A stretch of DNA of 62,210 bases, counting the filler, from Choristocarpus tenellus KU-1152 (Eukaryota > Protista > Phaeophyceae), in assembly GCA_964200185.2 (NCBI GenBank). It is 8 parts of 8 records of this genome, joined end to end, with 100 filler letters (N's around TTAATTAATTAA, not from the genome) between each part and the next. Parts side by side here need not be neighbours in the genome. Positions count along the whole stretch, not along the records: positions 5,328 to 25,663 come from CAXNAD020000402.1; positions 25,764 to 32,306 come from CAXNAD020007897.1; positions 32,407 to 37,958 come from CAXNAD020010449.1; 5 more parts are not named here. One strand, written 5' to 3'. The notes under the pieces were generated by a model. The model saw nothing but the letters and a program-made list of their open reading frames with translations. It was not told the origin of the DNA and searched no databases. Positions 22,415 to 36,100 of the stretch are shown here, one piece after another; position 1 is the stretch's first letter; the number at the start of each line of letters is the position of its first letter. A program made the position numbers and the translations under genes.

Positions 22415-25400
22415 TGGGGACCATGAGTGACTACTGATATTGATACTTTGGTCAGCACAAATTGGTTGGAGTTTTACAGTAGGAGAGATTAAGTTTATTC
22501 CACTTTAGAACCATAGCCGGGGAGGTTGGTGTCTGTTTGCTTTGAAACCTTTTTTTTTTCAAAATATTTTTGGTAAGACTGTTGCTTGGAGGAGGGATTT
22601 CGTGTGCCTTTAATTTGTTGCTGTGCATGGCAACATTGTAGAAATTGTCTTTGGATTGTGGATGTATGTGTATGTGTGTGTAGTGTCCCCTACGCTGTGA
22701 GTAGAGAGTATATAATACTGTAGTCCAGATTTTCAGTACATTCTGCATTAAAGAATAAGTATGCGCCTTTGCCTTTTTCATATCGAAAATACGACCAGAG
22801 TCGGTTTTTTCCGTCCTTCTCTGCTTTCACTTTCCTTCCCGATCCAGCTCTGTGCTAGAAGTGAGAAGAGAACTGAAGACTGGGGTGAACCATAATCCCA
22901 ACAAAACAATCCGTTACATTACAGCTATGACACCACTTCTTTTCTAATTCCATGTAATGCCCAGATTTTTTTTGTACCATCATATTAAAATGGCAGTATG
23001 AGGGTTTTGCAGTGCTCTGCTCCTACCTCTCTCTCTCCTGTCCCTAATAATACTCAAGTCACTTCTAATTATGGTCATGATGCAGACAACAGGTACCGTC
23101 CATGATCCCAAAAGGAGTCATGTTGCAAATGTCCAAGTACTTACAATGCTCAGTGGAGGTTGGCATGAAGCAGGGTCAGCAGGGATGAACTGCTGTTTTG
23201 AAAGCTGCAAGTCATGTCTTTTTTAATATCTTCACCTTTTTGTTGCAATTTCCTATTCCTTGGGATGTGCTTGGTACATTAGGATTGTTATCAGACAGTA
23301 TCGCTCCTTTTCAATCAATGCTTTAGGTTTATGGATCTAGGTGCAGTGTACTGGGTTGCACCTCATCACACCACTCACACACAGTATTTCAACATACGCA
23401 TTGTACTATGTGGTAGCATTTTGTCTACCTTGAACTGTCCCAAGGGTTGTTGCCCAGTCTTCAAAATATCTTGAGGGCATAGTAATGGCTGTTCGTGAAG
23501 ATATAACGTTTGGAAGCAGAAGATCTTACACTTGATTGACAGAGAGTGCAGAGCTAACTTACGCGTGTAGTGGGGGTTTTATACCTTTAGAAGTGAGCAT
23601 GAAATTTCAGTTGGTTTTATGGAGAGAAGACCATGTTAGAAAAAAATACATCTGAAGAGTTCTGTAGCAGGTGACTTCAAAGCAATTTGTCCACAGTGTG
23701 TAGGGTCCGGGGCCATTATGACTAATCATCTTCATGGAATCGAGTGGTGCTGTGGGGAAACATGTGTAGAGTACACAGGTATACAGGGAAGGCATGGATC
23801 TACCACCCTACGCTGTAGGTTCGGAGCAAGAGAAAGGAGCAAACATATTATTCTCCATTTGAATTCAGAAGGCTGGAAGGTGTTAGGACATAAAAAAGAG
23901 TGAGCGCATATTTGTTAGGCACGTGCCTAAAATTTCAAAGGGAACACCTCCATCTCAACCAATTTCTGTGCTTCAAATCACACTGTATCCTTGTGCTACT
24001 TCGGAATATTAAAAAAACACACGTTTACCTTTTGATGGCATAGAGCTTGGTATATAGTGCAAAAACTCGATATGATTGGTGGAGAGAGTATTGCATGATA
24101 CTTCGAGATCGTGTACAATAAAAGCTCGGTTGGTTGGAGGCACAGGAAAGCAGTGGTGCAGCATACCTGGTAGTAAAATAGTAAATAGATGAATGCCCTT
24201 CACATTTACGACAACTGTTACTTTTTTCGGGGTTCTCTTACAGGGTTCTTCTCTCCCTCCTAACATCTGGAAAATGACGCTCTCTATTTCAGTATCATTA
24301 GAAAAATTGGAATCTTTCAGCTTGTAGTGTCTGTTATCAATTACAACAATGTTAGGTCCTTTATTCATTCATGTCCGTTCCAGAATATTTTCAAGGATCA
24401 GTTCTTCTCTTCCAATATACGTTCTATACCCCAAAACTTACACAAAATCTTCATATAAAGAACAATGTTTGGCGCTCTTCCTTTCCGTACAACGTCCGTC
24501 GTCCAGACAGAACAATGGTTCTGTTTGCTCAATTATTACTCCACGAAGGGGTCAACTTGCCACTGATGTATTATTATTTGTTCACATCATTCATCTTACC
24601 TGAAACAAAAGACGAAAAAAAGGAAAAAAATGGCAAAAAAAAATTTATACAATAAAGGATGTAAGTGCTTTCCTGTTAAACCACTCTCATATCTTGTCCA
24701 TAACGTCCGTTGTCGGGCAAACGCACTAGCCGATTCGTGTTTGAAATGTCTGTTATTCTGGAGAACACTTGGGGCAATTCTAGAGCGGTCCATAATAACA
24801 GCAATTACTGTCATTCGGTCTGTAACTTCTATTTTCAGGGCAACGGCTTGTGACATGTAAGGATAAATGCTAAGATAGATGTGTCACGGAAATATTACGT
24901 TTTCCAAGTTACAAAAAATATGCACAGGAGGGGCGGGAAGGGTTGCACACAAGGCGATGCGATGTCTGTATGATTTTACTTTATAGAGCATATCCATGTT
25001 GGGGGGTGTGCCATCAGCCCGAACATACGTTGCCCAACAATAAGGTTAAAATCCTGGAGAATTATTTGCCCCAGAGTCAGAAAAAGAGACTATTGATATT
25101 GGAGGATATCAAACATTGAGATACCACTGTTCCGCTAATGCAAATAGTCCCGCGATTCTCCGCAAACGGCCATCTCAATCTTCGTGTTTTTCATTTCGTC
25201 CATTTCAGGATCACATTTCCATATGTTTATCCTCCCTTTGTATGGAGTAGGGAAAGCGACCCTGCTCCGATTGGATCCCACTACCTCTGATTTTGTCATT
25301 TTTTCTTAATTTTGGTTAGTATGTCCATCACACTTTATTTGTATCCCCACAACTTCCTCTTTTTCCCATATATTATTTCTTCCTATTCCTTGCTTGTACA

Positions 25401-25763
25401 TAATTTTCCCGTATGTACAACAACGTTATAAAACAAAGTGTCCAATAATACGAAACAAAAGTGATAGTTTATGAAGTAAACTGAGTTTTGTGGGCGGGAG
25501 AATTCTGGTTGGTTGGGGGACAGAAAAGAAGGAAAGAAGAAGAGAGTGAATAGTTAAGGAAGGAACGAGAGAGTTAATGAAATTGAGTGGGAGGCAGAAA
25601 CAGAGGATAGCAGTCAGGAGATTAAGGGGTATGAGATAAGGAGGGAAGGATAAGGCAACCTCCNNNNNNNNNNNNNNNNNNNNNNNNNNNNNNNNNNNNN
25701 NNNNNNNTTAATTAATTAANNNNNNNNNNNNNNNNNNNNNNNNNNNNNNNNNNNNNNNNNNNN

Positions 25764-27631
25764 CCCCCCGTCCTCTCCCCTCAGCCCCCCCCCCGGACTT
25801 CCCTCCTCTCCCCCAGAGGACAACAGCACATTCTCAGTACGTTCTTCTGTCATCCCTTCTGCACCACCTTCTCTGATTCCTGTCTCTGCCCCTAAGTTCG
25901 CATCCTGCTCTTTTCCTCCCCCTTCCCCTCCCCGATCTCCTTTCTTGTTTCCAACACCACCTTCCATTACCTGTTTCCCCGACAACGCCGATGCCCCCTC
26001 CACACCAGCACCATGTTGACCACGATCCTGCTCACCATCATTGTCTTCATCACCATCCCCATCGCCATAGGCATCCTCCTCCTCCTCCTCCTCCCTCAGG
26101 TGAAGCCGCATAGACGCCTCCAGGGCATGCAGAACCTCTCTGCCCACATCCACAACATGGAACCGATAGGAGTACTCAACCTCTGCAGAGGCATGATGAT
26201 GATCATAGCCCCCAATGCTATTTTCTCCTAATGGCTCGACCTCCCCCAGGCTATGTATTGTGGTGTCCCCCTGACAGAGATCAACCAAACATTCAAGGGC
26301 GAGTCGGAATGTAAAGGGATGGTGCAGCCAGGGGAGTTGTTACTTGTTCGTATCATGCCACAGACGTGTGTACCAATGTCATTCAAACTTCGACTCTCAC
26401 TTTCTGTAGTTCATCATGAGAGAACAGGCAGTTTTCACTCTACAGGTATCATCTCCATTGTTGTCAGCTAGGGTAGACTTTCATTATGTTCTCCTTACAG
26501 ATTAGGGTGTACCACTTACTGTGGAAAAGACAGATCAAAGACACCTGCCTGCCTAGCACATTGAAGCAAAAAGGTGCGTTGTGTCAGAGGTGATTAACCA
26601 CCAACAGCAGCCAAACTAGAGCACTACGATGTCAAAATCCAGATACAGAAGTGCAATGAACTCATGGAAGCGTTGCAATAACAATGCACCACAAAGAAAT
26701 TGAAGTGTGTTTCGATTTGTTGTTTGCATGAAGGAACAAAATAGTGCATCACACGTGAGGTGTGTGAATGAATGAATGAGTATGGAAGCGGTGGAGTATG
26801 TATTCTCATTTTCTGTAGAAGTATGTAAAAGGCTTGGAAAGCTGAAGGGTAAAGGTCCTACAAAGCTTGAAATATCGAACCCTGCGGAAACAAATTCAGA
26901 TTTCGCTGAAAGCAACGCTGTTGAGGAGAAGAAGGGTCGTTGCTGAAGAAAGAAAACTACACAAAAAAGATATTTGTTAACCCACAGAAAGTACGTCATG
27001 TCAACATTAGCCATGTCCAATTTACGCGATCAAGCTGGAAGTTCAAAGGGAGAATGTTGGGGGATCTTGGGTAGGGGGAAAACTGCTACCTACCGTACTT
27101 CCTGCACCACCTGGTGCCATGGTCACATGCTGCAAAACTCCTTTCAGGTGCTCCAACCACAGTTCGAGGGTGGCGTGTGGTATATTGAGCCAGCTCTTCT
27201 CCCCCTCCTGCGCAATACAAGGGGGTCGAGTGGGGGGAACAAGTAGGAGTGGTGTTGGACTTGCGGGCCCAAGAAAAGTAACCATGTACAGGATGACAAC
27301 GTCAACCCGTCTACGTGTATGTGCGAAGAATACATGTTGAGTTGAAAGAAATGTCCAGAATCCGTTGTAGAATCCACATATTGAACTCGTGAAAACAGTT
27401 TAGTAGATACCCCTTATTTTCTTCCTCATTGGGCCCTGTTAAACCTCGACCTAGCGACAACTGACCTCAAAGCCAATTAAGACGATATTAATCCTCATGT
27501 CGAGTTGCAGTGGACCCTTCTCAGTGTCCGAGTCCAGATCCAATGCAGATAATCCCGAGATATCCTCATCAGGCACAGCAGTTTGAAATAATCCATCTTC
27601 CTCTAGTGGATTTTGCTGCCTTGTCCTATCA
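25764..27631 (-). CDS. Partial gene resembling the uncharacterised plant At5g58100/At4g16180-type family; exons 27631-27466, 27207-27094, 26270-<25764
   Basis: Phase-consistent GT-AG exons translate to ...PLQLDMRINIVLIGFE|EGEKSWLNIPHATLELWLEHLKGVLQH...|...SAEVEYSYRFHVVDVGREVLHALEASMR, followed by an acidic/Gly-rich tract. The motif order matches my recollection of the plant family (VNFIFIGFEG...LERWF...VNYNFSVHAIQMG). The family call is from memory, not from a search. Confidence 0.6.
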
Positions 27632-28328
27632 CTGAGGGATTGCAGGATTGCAATAGGGGAGTGCGAAGGACATAGTAGACAACACGACGGTGAGACTTGT
27701 GGATATCGAGCGGAGAGGGACCGTACATGCTACGGAATGCCACATTACTAACGAGGGAGAGTAATCGCGATGGACTACCAATGGAAAGGAACGTAAAGGT
27801 ATAATATCCCCTCTAATAGATCCAGACCTCAATCTTCTCCGTGTCCTGAACCAGCGTTGCAAACGACAGAACCTCCACAACCTCGTTGATGCATACCTCA
27901 TCTACAACAAAAATACTTACCGAATATGGTCTGATTGTTTGTTTTGCAATTGTCCCTCTTGGTATTCTCGTAGGCTATGGAGGGACGAGTATATCTCATC
28001 AAATCCAGACGCCAAAGTCGTGGCTGCATGCCTTCTCCTTAGTAGGGGCAGCTCATCCTCCAGGTCCATCGGGTCTAACAGTGGCCTTCCAGACACGCCC
28101 CAAACCTTTATGCACAAGGTGCAATAAACCACAGATAACCTCAGGAGCCATGATGGACTTTGACCCCCTCGAGTAGATGCTGTCATAGTATAGATTTGGG
28201 AATTCAAACCATACAGAACACCCTGATCAGAAATGATATATCCCTAACCCTTCCTTCTTGATCTACCAAATATCTAACACCTGATTGATCAATAGAGGTT
28301 GAAAAGAGGGAAGGAGGAGTTGAACGAC

Positions 28329-31300
28329 ATGAACTCGCAAGGAGAGGTTGGTGTCACTGATATGCAGAGGGCTGTAGCCGAGGTTCGGGCGAAACGAGCA
28401 AAACTCAATACTGTAAGAGCACGAATGAGTATGCTTGACATCCTCTCAGCATCCTCACCATGTTGATGGTTGAGATTGTAGTAGAGTGGACTCTTCCTCT
28501 CTCTAGCCTGAAGTGCAACCCCCACCGCTCATTTTCCTTTGAAGGGCTGCAGATGTGTCGTCACAAATTTACTCTTTACTATTGAACCTCCAGTCATCCC
28601 GCTACGAGCGTGCACACCCACTTCTCACCATACAGGTAAAATTGCCACTCCACTTCACCCCCCCCTCGTACAGCAGACAGCACATCTAGGCTGAAGCTCA
28701 GCTTAATGCTCGTCCTTGTCTATTTTTTGGTCCTCCCCGTGCATTCCTTGATGTAAGTCAACCTTCACTGGGGAACGCGACTCCTGGGTGGGGAAAAGCG
28801 TCGTCTCAGTTGCTCAATTCACAGAGGAGAGCCTGACCCTGCTCTTTGAAGTGGCCGAAAAGATGCGCCCTCTCGGACCCGATGGTGGTGGCGATGTAGG
28901 AGAATGCAGGCAAGAGAAAATACTGTAACTACGAACAGGAAGCTAGGCGGGGATACTGGGATTTGCTATGTTGTTGAAGTTAGGGCTGTAGATATGGATC
29001 CCTTACAGTGTGCGAAAAAGGTGCTCTGAGCGTTGGTGTTAATAAAACGTGGATTGGAAATCAATTGGGCTTGTCACCTATGGTGTATGTCAGTGCTGTG
29101 GGGCTTCCTAGAAAGGTAATTTCTGCATAAAGTGTTTCCCTCTTGAGTGTTACTGCAACAATCGAGCCACTCTCACTCCTATCACGTACAAATGGTGGGT
29201 AGGGACCATGTTCTTCAGCTGTTGAGGTGTAGTCAATTGCGTTGGATGCTTCGCACTCCACCCTGACATCAGTTAAAGTATATGGTATCCTTTCAGTGCT
29301 TTGCTGCGTTCAAGCGTGCTTGATGTGTTTCACTGAGGACTTTCCAATGACTGGTTCTGCCGAAGTACAAACCAAACCATCAATATATCCGTCTATCAAT
29401 GCATCCCCTCCCGAGATAGCTTGAGTGTGTCTTTTAAGAAGAGGTTCTTGAATGGCAGAAGAATCCGCCTATTTCTGATGCTATGTGCCTCATGCCCATA
29501 TTGCCCTTGAAGCATCTGGTTCTGTCCTCCTACTATTATGTCATGAAACACCGATATATCCTTGAGTGTCAGTTAAAACTAGTGATGCGACTCAAGCATC
29601 ACAAGACTCCAATCCCCCTTAAACTATCCAAATCCTTCTTTTGCCGTTTTTTGCCCCCTCATACTATTCCTAATTTCTCACCACCCCCACAGCCTCCGTC
29701 TTCATTGCGTACTACTAACACATTAGTAATAGTATCGCCATTGTTGCGACATATTCCAGACCCAAACCGTGAAGCAAACAGTCTACCAAGAGGGGACCGT
29801 TTTACCTCAACCTATTCAAAGATGTTGCTGCTTTCCAACAGACTCCTTTTGATCTATTTTTTGTCTTTGTGACATTCCTTACTTAGTTACGTGTTCCTTA
29901 CATGAATGTTTGAGGTACAAACTTGGCAAATTGATATGGATGAGGTCAGAGGAGTTGTCCTGTGTAAGTAGCTAATTGAGATCACTGCATCAAAATCTGT
30001 TCTTTGAAATTCGTTCCCTGTCCAAAGTGATCAAGTGTTGGCAAAAGTGGCGATATCCTGAGATATACCTTGGCAAGGATGTTCAGGTAGCCATGAACAG
30101 TATTTTTCCGCCATACATGACTGTCCTGAGTACCAGTGTGTGACTGCAAGTAGAGGTAATAACATTGGGGGTGGGGAGCAGACGCATGGACTCCTGATTT
30201 GCTCTGAGCGGATGAAGAGGATCCATTTTTCTGTACAATTTCCTCTCTTGAGAGATGGAACCTATTGTGACCTATGTTGCGCAGTCTGATAGGTGTAGAA
30301 TGTCCTATGTGGTATCTTTTTGAGCACTTGAAAGAGGGATAGGGCCTGGGGAGACTTGAGCATCAAATTTTTGCTCATCCCTTTTCTAGTCCAACCTCAT
30401 GTGCTATTTTTTGAGGGCCTACACAGACTTCCACTGTTGGGTTGGTTTTTTCCCATAGAAGTTTACCTAACCCTAACAGCATGTAAGACTGTCGGATATG
30501 TTGATATGATTGCAATTGCTGCTGTTGTCTTTTGTGATGGTTATCAGATGTGGAGGTGATTTTGATGTCACTGTCTGGTTTTGTAAAAAATTGGGCGTGT
30601 GCAAGAAGATTTAGATGGTGATCAGTTATGCTTGGGGACCCGTTTGACCTCACAGTATGTCCTGATCTATGGATGGAGTTTTGATTTGACAGTTTGGTTA
30701 CGTTTGCTGTTGTGTCTTCATGATATAATTGCAGTCGGGATTTGATCGTATATTGTGGTTGTACCTATTTTCACTACAGTCTCCAAAAATATCAGGTTGT
30801 ACATGCTGGTACATTTTATGTGGTACATGCTAGTACATCGCATGTTGTACAGGTTAGTATTAATAGCATGATAAAAATATATTGTACATGCTGGTACATT
30901 GTATGTGGTACATGCTAGTACATCGCATGTTGTACAGGTTAGTATTAATAGCATGATACATGATAAATAATACATAAGACCTGAACTGAAATTCCTTATA
31001 ATTTTTTTATTTCTGGTGCTGGACACACACACATACACACAGAGTAATAGTCTGCAAAGAGTCAACAAGCGTAACAATTATAATATAGAGACCGATACTG
31101 TGCACTATATACGTTTCTTCTCATTAAGTCCGTCACTGTTGCTTGATGGTCAAGAGTCAAGGCATTAGAACAACCGCACGGCAGGCTAGAGGTAGAAAAC
31201 AAAAAACAGACCCGCCGGTCGCCACGATACCGTTACAGAATTATTTCAGTTTTGTACCGCCTTCCAATGTCTCCGTGGTTGCCAGCGTTCCGGTTGAAGA

Positions 31301-32171
31301 CTTTCAACGGCAGCGTTACGGTGTGAACCTTCCATGTATATTTTTCCCAGCCATAACTGTAAGAGTAAATGTAACTGTAACTGTAACTGTAACTGTAAAA
31401 CAACTGTGTTCGTTACCGTGATTTTTCTAATCTTGTAGCCCCTAGCCTTTTTGAAAGCGTCTTTCACGTCTGATCACGTGCTTGCCGGGTGGAGTGAGGT
31501 GCAGTGCATAGCCAAACGGTGTGTGACGTTTTGGTCCCTTAGGATGCTTTTTTGGGGGGTTGTTACCGCCGCCGGAGCAGGAGGAGGATGACCCCTTGCG
31601 AGGTCTCTCGCCGCCGGATTTCCAGGCTGCTTTCAAGCAAAGTGTATGGCTGTACAATTAACACTGTTCATGGGGACGTTCTAGTAGTAGGTGTACTCCC
31701 AGGCAGTGAAATGTTGTGTACTCTAAGCTCCGAAACCATTATGTAGTGGGTGGAGGATGTCTTTCGAGATGCGCATTTGAGTGCCCATATAGATGGCATG
31801 GCCTAGTGAGGCTTCGGCACCTACACCCCCGGTCCTCCCACCCCGAAACCTTATGGAGAGACAGACTTAAGGAACGTCCACCTCGCAAAACATCGATTGA
31901 AGAATGTCCTTTGCAGTAGACACTACACCGCATCATCCCATCTATTTTTTTCGTTCTTCCCCCTCCCCCGCTCATTTTTTTTTTTTTTTTTTTAACTCAA
32001 AAATTAATTAGGTTGGACGTACCCTTGAGGGGGTGCGTGTTGGGAACTCTGTTCTACGAGAGCTCAACCAGGACTGCCTGCTCCTTTCAGTCGGCAGTGC
32101 TCCGACTGGGAGGCACCTTCTTGAGCGTAGACGCCTCCTCCTCCAGCGTCAAGAAGGGCGAGACGCTAGAG
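28329..32171 (+). CDS. pyrB: Aspartate carbamoyltransferase, 5' partial; exons 28329(or 28296)-28412, 28758-28909, 32012-32171
   Basis: [29 protein letters not shown] and [30 protein letters not shown]...[11 protein letters not shown] contain the carbamoyl-phosphate binding STRT motif and the ATCase-specific SSVKKGE motif. Truncated by the contig end. Confidence 0.9.
30797..30958. repeat. Tandem duplication, period 85 bp, built of GTACAT sub-repeats (in ATCase intron)
   Basis: ttgtacatgctggtacatt(t/g)tatgtggtacatgctagtacatcgcatgttgtacaggttagtattaatagcatgata occurs at 30797 and 30882. Confidence 0.85.
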
Positions 32172-32859
32172 GTATTTTTTATTTTGTTAATTGTGCGTCA
32201 TGAATGTTTGAGGTCAGGATGAAGGGGAGGGGAGGGGGGGGGGGGGGGAAAGGGGGTGGGTGTGTTTGAAATGGGGTAGAGGGGGGTAGGGGGGGAGGTA
32301 AGGGGGNNNNNNNNNNNNNNNNNNNNNNNNNNNNNNNNNNNNNNNNNNNNTTAATTAATTAANNNNNNNNNNNNNNNNNNNNNNNNNNNNNNNNNNNNNN
32401 NNNNNNATATGGCATACGGCAATAACGGTATAATAAAAGGCAAACATGCTTTCCACATTACTCCCCATATGTCCATTGTCCAAGAGTTGGAATAGTCTTA
32501 CGCGACCGGTCACTGACCTACTTCATAACCATTCCAGACAACCATTCCCTTGTCGTTTCCTTTGCACCCGTCTCCCATCTCCGATATTTCCCGTCTACAT
32601 ACGCCCGTCGCTGCCTACAAGTCAGGTGCAGTGGTGAGGCCTGCTACCTCATGTGCTCCCGTAAGAGAGGCGAATGCGTATTTTCTGTGAAGAAGAAGCT
32701 GGGTCATAAGTCCCGCAAACTCGAAATCGATGTGAGGTGTCATTTGGCGGTGAGGCAATCTCTCCTTCCCTGAGGATCAATCTTCGTCCCACACGGGATC
32801 CAACTTCTTCCATGACATCGCATCAACTTTGTTCCCAACGGGGTCACCTTTGTCCTCGA

Positions 32860-33125
32860 CAAGATCGTCTCTTTGTCCCCGGCGGGATCATCTTAGTCGT
32901 TAATCTAATCTCACTGTACTCCTTCCGAGCACAGGGGTAAGCCCAACCACACTCCGCGAAAGAGGCAAATGCAGGTTAATGGAAAGGTGAGCAGGGCTGC
33001 AGTATCACAGTAGGTGCGAAATGGTTAGAAGGCTGTAGAAGGGGGTGGTGGTGGCGAAGACTGAAGATTGATCAATTGGGAGGGCAATGGTGGAGCGGGA
33101 ATGAGTAAGCTTCAGGCAAGCTTGT
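32860..33125 (+). repeat. Diverged dispersed repeat, homologous to the reverse complement of ~37450-37720 (probably TE-derived)
   Basis: gaaatggttagaag...gggggtg(g/a)tggcgaagactgaagattgat...ttggga(g/a)ggcaatg...tggag...ttcaggcaagctt is shared between the two sites. Confidence 0.7.
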
Positions 33126-36100
33126 GACTTTTCGAAGTCTATTATTGCTTCTCTAAAGTGTGGTGGAACGATTCAGGAATGACTAGTTGAGAGGTTCCCA
33201 ATATTCAAACCCAGAGCCTTCTCCCCCCACGATTAGAGCAGTAACAAGCGATGGTGATAGGATCCTTCTTGCATCACTTGAATAAGTATTGAGTAGAGTT
33301 AAAGAGGTCTGTTATTCAATCACTCCAACAAAGTTCTCTACCTGCTTGTTACCATTAATTGTGCTCTGAATCGTCTGTTTGTATTTGTTTATGTGTTTGT
33401 TTGGTGCTTACTTGTTATGTACCATTTTCCTTTTATTGATGTGATTCCTAGTCCATAGTCATCCAAGAATGAGAAATGTTTTCAAGAGGGGAGAGAGGGG
33501 TTGGTCCATGCTTTCAATTCGTCACCGAAATTTGATCAATTTGTGAAAAAAAAACTGTTTCTGACCTGCCTCTACTCCTCATTCTTCTTCCTCGATTGAT
33601 TGAACAATCACCACTCCAGTTGAACCCGCATTGTCCAGGAAAACGCCCCCGAGAATGTGTATACTCAAACCATATATATATTCAACCACGATGATACGAC
33701 AAACACTCTGACGACTTTCCTCTTCACAGCTGACAAATTGCTACCCCACTTTCCACGGACAAAACGATTTGCAGGAAAGAGACACAGGCCGTTTGACCTA
33801 TGGAATGCAGTGAAGCAAACACCTTTTACAGGTGAATCATCTCGATCAATGTAATCGTACAACTCGATGCTGAGGAGGATGGTAGAGACTGCAGATGTGG
33901 GGGTGAGTTTTCTTTATCGACTTCTTCTTTGCTGCCCTAATCTCCATTGGCAAAGAAGTCGGTGCTTTGTCAAGACCAGCATTTGCAGATGCATGAGTTT
34001 GATTCTCCCACCGGTTCTTCTCTCTCTGTGACTCAAGCGTCACTATTGAGTTCAGTGTCTTCTTCTGGTCATGACACTGCTCGTCAGGGCACAAAGAAGT
34101 GAAGAAGTGGAGTGTGGCAATTCAGCAGGTACGGAGTTTGCGCTAACGGCATACAAAGTGTTTGTGTGAGAGTGTGTCAGGGGGTTGTGTGAAGGAAAAT
34201 TGAAGAATCATATTCTTTGGATGTATATATGTGCATGAGTAATTTTTTTCTTGTCATGTGAATTTCAAATTGATCTGTAGGGGTGTTCTCCTTATGTTTA
34301 ACCACTGGTAGAGGAAAAAAGAGAAGTACTATTCTTGGTATTATATATTTATATTTTCGTATGACATTCTAAAAGAGATCTGCAGAGATATTTTCCTTAC
34401 CCTTGAACCGTTGAGGGAGGAAAAATTGATGTGTGTACATATATTATGTGAAATTGTATATATATATTTATATCTGCAGAGGGGTAGTCCTTGTCGTTAA
34501 CCACTGGGGAAGGAAGAAATTATATTCTAGGTATGCATAGATGTTTTGTTCATGTGGAATTCAAACGAGATCTGCAGAGGTGCTCTTCTTGGTGGTATAG
34601 ATATATACATGCAAGGCAAAGGGACAAAATGATGTGGACATACGGTAGAAGAGCAGTGATCCTGAAGAGAATGCAGCATTCATGACTGAGCAGCTCAGTA
34701 GTAACAGTTCTGAAGTGTGTGTTGGGGGAAACTCCTCTTTCTATGAGGGATAAGATCAGGCAACGATCGAAGACACTATGTGTAGTTGACACTCAATATG
34801 TTGATGAGCTGGTGAGATGGTGTAGCAACAAAATATTGCAAGAAAATAAACATTCTTATGTTGCTGTTTCAAGAAATATATATTGAGGCTTGCTTTTCAA
34901 TTTCTACCAGTTTTGTTGTGAATTGGTCCGGTTTGACTTAGCAAAAACATAATAGCTTTCAAGATATATATGCAATCAGAGTGTATGTGCAATAGATATT
35001 TGTCCGTGAGAACTACCTGATCTGTCACTATTATACATCCAAACTGCTACAAGGTTCTTGACACACACTGCACCAACTCAACAAGAAATCATCTATGTAC
35101 TCAAAAATGGTATTGGAATACAGTTTACTCTCTGCTTGCTTGAGTAGAGAAGGTCACCTCTTTCACTAGTACAGGACACTAACATCCCCAAAAATCACCA
35201 TGCAGGCAGAAAGTTTGACCCTTCCCCATAATTTTTAAATGTGGCTGAAATTTGCAATCTGATTTTACCTTTAGCATCAGGGAGGAAATCTACCTATACA
35301 AAGATAGAACCATTGCCATACTCAACAAGTTGTTCGATTAGCTCAACTTTCTCGGTCTTCGGATACACCAAAAACGGAATTCAAATGTAAGACAGGAACA
35401 CCCATTTGATTTTCAATACCACTTCCTTTCACCTTTTCAACACACATCACTTTGGCAGTTTCGAGATCTAAACGAGATGAAAACAGTGCTTTTCAGAACT
35501 ATTATTTTCAAGGACAAGAATGTATTTGTTTCAAAAGGTGGTGCCAATAAGAGGACAAAAACACGGCTCTGCTATACTGAACGTACTCACATCTTAACAA
35601 TATAACAAGAGTACAAAATGCACTTCACACTGCCGACAACCTGTACTGGTTGTGCCGAAAAACAAAACAAGAAATAGTTGCCAACAGAGAGTGAGAGGGA
35701 CCCGTTCTAGAAACTTGGCGACACACCTCTCTCAGAGACCTCGACTTAATGGCTCAATGCACTACTAAAGACCGGAAACTGAAGGGAGTCTTGCTTTGTA
35801 CTGCCCTCCTCAACACTGGATGTGATACAAGGTACTTTGTACAATGTGTTCTCATCACAAGTGCCTACTGTCCATAATGGAGTGGCCACAAAACGGCTTT
35901 AAGAAGAAAGGAAAGCATAGAATAGCGGAAAGATGGACCCTCAAATTTGAAATTGCTGTTCATTCGTTTGTTCATCAATTTCATGCTGTTTTTAATCATT
36001 GGGCATAACTGGTAGATTGTAGAGTAAGAATAATCAAGTACCTAGTAGTGTAACAAGCACAGATAGTTCATAATTGACATTACATCACAACCTCGCTCAT

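Noticed and set aside
31143-31975. Short ORFs inside the ATCase intron as a nested gene
   Set aside because: Fragmentary, include a (GTAACT)n microsatellite, and show no recognisable domain.
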